Source: Eledone cirrhosa
Taxonomy: Eukaryota
Reading direction: 5' to 3'
Assembly (NCBI GenBank): GCA_964016885.1
Contig: OZ024740.1
Location: 65,224,001 to 65,288,000, forward strand
DNA length: 64,000 bases
Position numbers and translations under genes: made by a program. Shown piece after piece: positions 54,540 through 64,000 of this stretch; positions within the stretch are counted from its first letter, which is position 1; every line of letters begins with the position of its first letter. The notes below the pieces were generated by a model, which did not search any database, was not told where the DNA came from, and saw only the letters and a list, made by a program, of their open reading frames with translations.

Positions 54540-55410
54540 TCAAGGTCTATAGAGGATTAGGGGTAAGCAAGTACAACGACGCACTCTGAGAGGCTCTGAC
54601 CATCGACCAACTTGAAATTACCTGACTTTCCTAAAGGACCTTTGTGCAGGAAACTATGGGTAACCTCCCGAAATCCCACACTTGGCAGTGCTACCGGGAG
54701 GCACGGCCGGTTCGAGATAAACTCTACAGACACAGAAGTGCTGTCAGACGGGCCTGCCCAAGATACGCAAAGAAAAACGGAACATTTCTGAACGTACTCA
54801 TCCAGTGTCCGTGCATTGATGTCTTGTGGAGTTATGTCGAACGGCTGTTGTCGCGTGTACAACGGATACGGCTATCAACGGAGTCCATAGTGAAAATCAT
54901 CCCGTCACCTTCTTTTGGCCGGGAAGGACAGGCGATTTTCCTCTGTCAAGTGGCGGTACAGAAGGACGTTGTATGGTGGACAAGTTTGAAAGTCTCTTTG
55001 GCCAATCCCTCATCGACTTTTTCAAGTTTCATGTGGAAAGGAATGTATCGGTGGAGAGAGAAATGCTGCTCCCCAGATCTTTTTTTAAAAGGTGGATGAT
55101 AGCTACGGGTATGGCCTGTGTGACTGAATGCACTCTGATGCTGCAACTGTCGGCTGGAAAGATGGATGGAGTGAGGGGAACCCTCTTATGGTGCTCTGGG
55201 TTAGGACGGTGGGTTGGGATTTGTGGGCTTCCTAACGTCATCCATGGGTGGCATGCCCTCTATTGGGGAATTCTGTTGTTGATAATTTTTGTTAATTGTT
55301 TTTGTTTATAATTTTTATTGGAATATATGTAAACCCCCACTGTCCCATGTCTTTCTATTGTCTTCTATGTTCGGCCTTTGTGGCCGACAATAAAGAAATT
55401 ATTATTATTA
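54540..55410 (+). mobile_element. L1/Tx1-type LINE 3' end (zf-RVT-like region and 3' UTR)
   Basis: WQCYREARPVRDKL..CPR..FLNVLIQCP..LW..; ends in AATAAA gaa (ATT)n at ~55389-55410. Confidence 0.7.
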
Positions 55411-55974
55411 ATATTATTGTTAATATTATTATTATTATATCATTGACGATTTTCGTTATTTTTAACGACACTGATATTATTTTCTCTTTCGAATTATGAT
55501 TCCCATAGGAAATATTTATATATGAATATATAAAGTTTTATTATTGTTCTTATATTTTTAAAAACAATAATATTTCCTTTTTATCTTAGTTGTTTACTAA
55601 AGGTCGACGCATAAAGAACTTCACAAATTGCCATACTTTATCTTTGCTATGTTTTTATCTAAACATCAGTTTACAATTTATATAGGAGGTTTTTGTAATG
55701 TTTTCCTGATTCCACGGATATATCTTCAATGAATAAGTGTCTACAGCTGCAGTGACTTCGTTTAATATGACAATCAAATGCATGGTAACAGAAACTTGAA
55801 TACATGCGAACAGGCGTCCATATACCACATCAATAAACGAGAGAAAGACAGGCAGACTGAGGGAGAGAAATTGAGTATCGACTTAGGTTGACTACACCGT
55901 TACTGTAGGCTGTTTATAAAATAATCATTGATATACTTTTATTTACGACTTTTAGAGTATTAATTTTAAATGTT

Positions 55975-56790
55975 CTTATATTTGGGGAGGGTGATGTCCT
56001 AAAATTGCCAATAATAATAATAAAACACACGCACAGTTAGGTATGGTTTTCGCTTCAGTTTAGTATACATTTATATTTTTATAAATAATTTAGCAGGCAA
56101 TCAATATTTACCAACCGTTAAGAATACAAATATAAATATAATTTTTCAAAGTTTCTCAAAGTTCTTTCGACAAATATTTTTCTGTGCCATCTGCCGTGAT
56201 TTCCTTCCGTGGTGTTTATATAACGTTTTTTTTATTGTTGTCTCTGTTTGCACATGCGTTTGTGTGTGTGTATTCTTTTTGGTGTGCGCTTGTGTATTCG
56301 TGTCTGAGTCTGCGTGTGCTTAAGTGTTTATATTCTATCTTTGCTCACTAGTGTGTGTTTGTGTGTCGGTATTTTTATTGCATCTGTGTATCTTTATATT
56401 CTGCCTTTCATCATGAGTGTGTGCTTGTGTATGGTTGTTGCTATTCCATTCATGTTTTCTGATCAGCCAAGGTTTGTTTAATTATATTTCTGTAGCCTCC
56501 CTGATTTCTCTAAGTGTCGAGACATTCCTATGTTTAGATTTTATTTTAATTTCTATGTTTATTTTAACATCATGTTTTAGTCTGCCATGTTCATATTTCT
56601 AAATGCATATTTGTCTGAGTTATTTCTACATTTCTATGTTAATCTAGGCTCTTTTAAATGCCTTACTAATATAAGCTGTATTTTCATGTGACTTTTAATC
56701 CTTAGAATATATATTGCCTTACATTTCCATGGAACTCTTTTTATTAGCTCTAAGCAGAATAGATGTTTACTGTCTTCCTTCCGAATCGTC
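55975..56790 (-). mobile_element. Degenerate PLE 3' end related to the 46779-48370 family
   Basis: Minus-strand EIKIKSKHR..REIREA..I..NKP..EWN resembles 47720-47830; terminal ttggggaggg..aattgcca..ggttttcgcttc matches 46791-46867. Confidence 0.65.
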
Positions 56791-56797
56791 TTCTTTA

Positions 56798-57258
56798 TAC
56801 GAGGTGTGTCAGAAACGTTCCGGACTGATGTTACAAAATATTTATTTCAAACCCAAACTTCACACTAAGAGTTTTCTCCTTCAAAGTAATCCCCTGGAGT
56901 ATGTAACTGCAATCTTAGTTCTCTGCCGCGATCAAACCTTTTTCTTCATAATTTTATATACATGTCCTCTGTTTCAGGTCGTCAAGCAATGAGCACAGAG
57001 CAACGATCAAACCTGAAAACTCCGCCAGAAGCACTGGGATTGCTGCAGCAAGTGTATGGCGATAAGACGATGTCACGCTCACGTGTTTTTGAGTGGTGCA
57101 AGAGGTTTAAAGAAGGACGCGAGGACGTGGAAGATGAGCCCAGGAGCGGAAGGCCCTCAACAACCAGGACTGAGGTCAACGTTGAACGCCTCATCAGGCA
57201 AATGGTGCGTAGCGATCGTCGGCTGACTGTTCGACTGATGGCAAATGAGCTGGGTTTC
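56798..57258 (+). mobile_element. mariner transposon 5' portion (TIR and HTH domain)
   Basis: TA|cgaggtgtgtcagaaacgttccggactg TIR; EQRSNLK..VYGDKTMSRSRVFEWCKRFKEGREDVEDEPRSGRP..DRRLTVR. Confidence 0.9.
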
Positions 57259-57645
57259 CGATATCCATCATATAATTGTTTTTCTTTTTTTATATATCAG
57301 CAACAGTATACGTTTATCTTAGAAGAAAAACGGGACACAATCTTGTTTCAATTCTACCAGCCAATCCGGACACCCACGTTATAAAAAATGTACAATGATG
57401 CGAAATAAAGTAGAGGTAAAGTGACAGATAAAGGGATTCTATACGTTCAATTACATCGGCCCCAATATTTCACTGGTATAGTTTTCTTGACCTCCAGATG
57501 TTATTTTTACAAATCATCTTAAACCACAAACTCTCCATCTCAATTCTACTTTTGAAAAGCGTAAGAACTGTGAAACTTGTAAAGGCAAACAAATAAATAT
57601 TCTTAAAAAAAACTCAAGTAACATTTTCGATTTATTTTCCTCATA

Positions 57646-57686
<41 letters not shown>

Positions 57687-60028
57687 TACACACACACACA
57701 TATATATATATAATCTTTCTTTTGTTTTGAATGTTATCTTTCTTTTGTTTATAAGTATTATGATCACCACTATAGAGTTTTTTCATGAATGCTAAGTATG
57801 CAAATATGTGTCTGGTTATAAAATTTACATTGTACGGCGGGAACTGAGGTTATCATTTTTATGCATCGTTTCTGGAATAGGACCTTCATAAGTCTTTACT
57901 TAGTTCACACAAATTGATATTCTAGTAGTAAGGACCTATTACAAGATGTTTGACCTGTCTCTATATCGATTCTTCGACATAATAATCTCATCTGTCTCGA
58001 TCCAATATAATAAACTATAATTTCTGTACAGGCCATATATATGCGGAATTCACTACTTGAATTTTCAGTGTGGTATAATGAAAGGTATACAGCGAATTTA
58101 ATGTCAACATTCTAAAAATTGTATACTTAATATTAAAAGATTCTGCCAGGCTACTATCTGAAACTATTAATACTATCTATAATTATATTTTACTACTAGA
58201 AGATCATCATTTATAATTGATGTTTATGGTGCGTAAGCAGCGTTCTGTACAGATTGAGGAAACCTATGATCAAATACATAGTAATGAATACACTTCCAGC
58301 TCTGAACAGGCGTTGTGCGCGCATGTTGGATAATATTATTCAATATGTCCGTCCTGTTTTAAGTCAGCAAGAGAGGTTTGGCAATGATTTCTAAGATACA
58401 GAATTGCCTCGTTGGGAAATACATTTCCGAGATTTTTAGCTGAATATAGACATTAGAATTCCTTTTACAGAAACTGTCCTGCCTCCGAATAGTTTCAGCA
58501 GAGAAGTCACATTCAAATATAATACCGTTTCCAGAAAATTGTAAACAACGATATACATAATTACGTATCACACATATTAGTTATATAGCGGGATGTAAGG
58601 TATGATTTAATGGGAGAATGATGGGCAATTATTCTAGATTGATTTTGAACTGTAGAATTTGAACGGTGTAAAGAGAATAACGTCATCGAAGAACAAATGT
58701 TTAGTGCCGAGTGGATCAATAAAACATATCAGAGTGAATATGAGTATAGACAGAATCTATCTATTTATCCTAAAATCAATGAATTTTTATCTCTGCAAAC
58801 TACTTCTGCACTGCTGCTATAGTCACTGCTTCCGTCTCTCGAGCTCTCCTCATCTCTCACAATTAAACTCAAATGAAGGTCAATGCACTGGCCTCATCGC
58901 AGCTGTGTTGGACAGAATAGAGAAGGCGTTACCCCGGAGGATGGTGTGGGAGACAAGCTCAAAGAACCATTCCAGCTCACGAGGCTCACACCTGTGTGTA
59001 GCCAAATCCGTACTGGACCCCAAACCTATCAGAGAGTGACCGATATTTGGAGAGTTTACCCTCCTCAATCATATATTTCCCTTTTTTGCATAGATAATAT
59101 TACATGGTGCCATAACGATTGTTAAGTATTTTATATGGACACATATTTTCCTCTTTCTACTCATATATCATTGATCATAAAAACAGCAGTCACATATGAA
59201 AACATTTCGCAATGAAACAGTTTTCATTTGTACATAAGGTTGGATTCTATCTATGAATTAATTAGTTTCCCAGAAACTTAGTATTCATTTAGTTCTGATA
59301 GCTAAAAATACACTTCTCTCGTAGTAATTGATTAAAATATTCTATGTTCTTAGCATGGCCATGCATAATTATTGTAATAAGTATTTTCTTCTGCCAAAAA
59401 TAAAAAAAATAAAAAAGCGTCAAGTTGCTCATACATATTAAATACAGTCGAAGTACTCTCTCACATAGAAAGATATACTGGCACATGAATAGCAAAGATG
59501 AATAATTATCTAGTTGTCTTCTCTGAACAGCTGCTTTCATTCCCAAATTGGTGATTGGGAAAGAGTTTAAAAATAAATGATACATGCTGGAAGCAATCCA
59601 AAGAATTACTTTCTCATTTCCATACAATTATCTACGGTCTGTTCTCTTTTATATTTAACGATGCTTTCCTCTCTTGAATATATTTTATCACATCGAGTGC
59701 CCTTTGTAAGAATTGTGGCGTAGTTAAGCATTTTAGAGGGAATAACGCTACTTATAACTTATTCGTTTTATGAAAATAATTGACGAAAGTCGAATGAAAC
59801 CCCCCCAAAAAACGGTCCAATTTGGAAATATATTTCAGAAAAGTAGGAATATAATACCAGAGAATCCCATTTACCAGGCAATTAAAATAATCTCGCGTTG
59901 ATGAACTGTGTACAGTTATGACATAAAAAACTATATGTCAAATGTGTTTGTTTTGTAGTTAATTTCTGTCTAGTCTTACATCAGCTGCGATTTCTAATTA
60001 AAATCATACACTTTCATATATCTATATC

Positions 60029-60090
<62 letters not shown>

Positions 60091-60093
<3 letters not shown>

Positions 60094-60180
60094 ATAATAA
60101 TAAATTTGAAGACTAAAATCCAAAGAGGGCTCGATAAGGATAAATATATATCAAATATATAAGAACCGTAGAGCAAATAT
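60091..60180 (-). mobile_element. Solo family B terminal tail in (TA)n
   Basis: Nearly identical to 16241-16330. Confidence 0.88.
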
Positions 60181-60186
60181 ATATAA

Positions 60187-60220
<34 letters not shown>

Positions 60221-60390
60221 AGAAAAAGGTATGACCCCGACGGCTATTTCTGGAGTTCAGAAATAGCCGTCGAAACGGCTTGAGCTCTGCCGTCGGGGTC
60301 ATATCGTTTTCTATTACCCCTCTACTACCCTAAGTTTGAGTACTCTGGTGCGTTATGGTCCATCTGGTTCCTTACCACTATTCCTTCGTT
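60221..60390 (+). mobile_element. Solo family A tail with short inversion
   Basis: Matches 25735-25870; left arm gaccccgacggc pairs with gccgtcggggtc. Confidence 0.85.
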
Positions 60391-60797
60391 ATATATATAA
60401 ATATATATATATTCATGCACATATACGGAACGAAACGCCTGTAGAGAAAGGGGTATCCTCGTTTCAACCTTGCGATACATTACTAGCTTGTATGTTACGT
60501 AATGTGGAGTGTAGGTTTCGGATTCCTAGAAACAAGTCGGAGATATTTATAAAATATTTATTGAGCAGGTCCAAGTTTGTCTTTAACCTGTTTATATTTT
60601 AGTTGTTTTAGTGACAACGTGTCTCCGGTCGCAAATTTCACTGTGTCACACCCCTAATATATTGTTATTACTCTGAGCTATAATTTATCAATTTATCTAT
60701 ATAACCTCATTGAGTGATTTGTGCCAGCCCTAGAACATTGATTTCGAAAAATGCTAATCCCAGCTGTAACTTCGACTTTGCTGACTATTATTATTAA

Positions 60798-61436
<639 letters not shown>

Positions 61437-62106
61437 AACAGCGACGTATTACAAAATATGTTGTTGTTCCCATAAAAATACCATGTGATTGCGCTCTGAA
61501 ATATATTTTCGTATCTGAATTTCAGATATTGAAATCAGTTTATTTCGATTTACACAAAATTATGTACGGCTTCACTAGTTGTAAGAACTGCTCCATTTGA
61601 AGTAGCTGGTGAGCTATTTCTATCTATCCTTTGGATATCTTTGCTAGCCATTTGATGTTCAAACACACATGGTATCTCTGACTGGTCTGCTTTACTTCTC
61701 TTCCTGTCTTCAATGCTAGAAATTACTTATTAATAATTTTATCAAAGTATTTATGCATTGATTCGGAAGATATTCTTATCTACATATCAAGACAACAGTA
61801 TATATACATTGGGCTCTGTTGAAATAGATTTGATAATATTTTCCGAATATTTCAAATCAAGAAATGTCTGAGATTTTATGAAACCCATATATTCTAAAAT
61901 TTATATTGAACACTTTAAGCAGATGCTCCCAAGATTTCTTTTTTTAGAACGATTAACTACCACACTTATTCAAAGAAGTATTTTGTGGCAATTTAAAAAC
62001 TAGTTTTGTCTACATATTAATGTTATGCATTTCTAAAATCAGTTGTGAAATATTTGCATGAAGACGAACTATTTAATTCTCTAGATGAGATTATTTAAAT
62101 TCACTT

Positions 62107-62293
62107 AGGGCGGTGGATTGGCAGTATCGGTAGAGGGTCGGACGCCATGCTTTCCAGCATAGTTACGTCCCTTTACGATCTGAGTTCAAATCCCGCCGAG
62201 GTTGACTTTGCCTTTCATCCTTACGGGGTCGATAAAATAAAGTACCAGTAATGCACTGGGTAATTTGCTGGCCTTGTGCCTAAAGTAGAAACA
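62107..62293 (+). mobile_element. tRNA-derived SINE with a perfect 17-bp TSD
   Basis: Near-identical to 28203-28387; TSD attatttaaattcactt at 62090-62106 and 62294-62310. Confidence 0.95.
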
Positions 62294-63254
62294 ATTATTT
62301 AAATTCACTTCCCACATTCAATCATTGGAATTCTCGAGATTAATTTCAATAATTTATGGTGCCAGAAACATTTTGAAATGTCAAATTAATTTACGTGTAT
62401 TACCTAAATGTTGTCGTCTACTAATGGATATATAAATAAATAAGTCGCTGGAAAACATTCAGCTTGAATTTATGAATAAGCAAGAAGAGGTAATTTAATA
62501 TATTTTAAATTTGAATTGTAAATAATAAAATAGGTTTTGTGTCACCGTGTCTATCCCTTCTCAAATAGCAATTATTATAATTGCAATTATTATAATCCGT
62601 ATATTTATCATAACGACCTCGGGTGGATTTCAATGCTCTTCATGGGGTAATGGTATTAAAACCTGCAGTTCTATTTAATGTCTATCCCTATAGATATACG
62701 TAAATAAGCCCGTTATGGCTCCAATCAGCAAATACACTATACCGAACACTATACCGTACTGACGCTCCAAAGTCGGGAAACCAAACGAGGACCACCAATC
62801 GACACCCACACGGCATACGTAACCGCTCTGCAACTGCCACCGAATGGAGAAGACAGACGTTATCAAGGTGCAGCTGTCATATTACGTAGTTTTTATATAA
62901 TAATGCAAAAGCTATTATTATCTACAGCGACTACGGCCCCATTAATAATAGTCCGGGCTCCACACCCTCCCGTCTTAACTCTCAAACCATAAACCTAGAT
63001 GCCGTGATGCCACGCATTGTCAAATCTAGTTCGTACAACACAACATAAACACAGTGATCAAGAAAATACCCAAGTCATTAAACAAATAAACGAAATTAAC
63101 CTAATTTGAAAAACACCAAATACGATATGAGAAGGTGACGGAAGATGTATAGGCCGCTCAGTGACCTTGTTTTAAGAATGTGTCTACCGTTTGTGACTAA
63201 CCCAAAGAAAGGACATAATCAAAGAAAGAAAGAAACAATAAGCACCTCAAAGCC

Positions 63255-63358
63255 CGCGATGTTAACTTCGCCTTTTATCCTTACAGGTCAATAAAATAAA
63301 GCTCCAGTAATGCACTTAGATAATTGCTGCCCATCTGCTAAAGGCAGATACAATTATT
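63255..63358 (+). mobile_element. Degenerate 3' half of the SINE
   Basis: gttaacttcgccttttatccttacaggtcaataaaataaagctccagtaatgcact..acaattatt. Confidence 0.65.
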
Positions 63359-64000
63359 ATTAATATCACTCATGGCATTTCGGTCAAGTATCTGTCAAAT
63401 TAAAAGACGAAGAAATCCCTTTAAAATTTTTGTTACCTCAAACAATACCTAAATTCCTCCAAGTAGGTCAGATCTGTCAAAATACCAGCAGCAGTGTTAT
63501 CATTTTACTTATCACTTTAATATAAATAGGGTAAATTTCTACAACTTCAATGTAAAAATTACAAACTCTTATCTATTTTATAATTACTTCTTCAATGCAA
63601 ATGAGATAAAATAAAATAAAATTAATTTCTTAGCTATACGCCATGCAAATCTAAATTTGAATTAATCCCTAATATTTCTTAGAATCTCCCTCAAATACGC
63701 TAATCTTCTACTACTTGAGTGTAAATAATTTAATTGCATAACCCTACGCCTTTCATTTGCAAACATGAAATGACACCACATTTCCTTAGAATCTCCTTTT
63801 TAGCGGCACATCACCGATGTAAATTCCCCACTAAAAGCTTTTAGAATGGGTGGTATTAGTAAACATATTTGTGTTACAATTGTACAAAGAATAAGACGAG
63901 CAGTGTGTGTTTATACTGGTTTACTTCATAGAAGTAAATACTGAAACGTACATATATTTTACCATTCATAGTGAGGAGGCTGGAGTCTCCTTAGGCTGTT

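Noticed and set aside
48980-59627. Short non-repetitive ORFs (48980, 50598, 58359, 58659, 59289) as host exons
   Set aside because: No recognisable homology or consistent splice signals. 58850-59070 may be a LINE remnant but could not be assigned.

Overview
AT-rich, microsatellite-dense animal non-coding DNA. The tRNA-derived SINE family and the (TA)n density suggest a coleoid cephalopod such as Octopus, which is an inference. No host gene could be supported. The window is almost entirely transposon-derived: a near-intact R4/Dong-type RLE LINE in (TAA)n, five Naiad-type Penelope-like retroelements (PLEs, RT + GIY-YIG) and two PLEs of another clade, many short PLE-tail or fold-back insertions in (TA)n carrying hammerhead ribozymes (HHRs), SINEs, a Helitron derivative, and hAT, Tc1/mariner and L1/Tx1 fragments. 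The main finding is a family of non-coding 518-601 bp tandem units at three loci (8.6-9.7 kb, 18.8-19.7 kb, 32.2-33.6 kb). They have diverged in sequence but share an oversized type I hammerhead with a covarying 8-bp stem I, a 64-65 nt rod-like stem III and a C3:G8/U3:A8 core swap. They carry PLE-style insertion signatures, and one is fused directly to a PLE-like tail, so they look like large retrozymes (circRNA-forming ribozyme retroelements) mobilised by PLEs. All structures were paired by eye; nothing was computed or searched.
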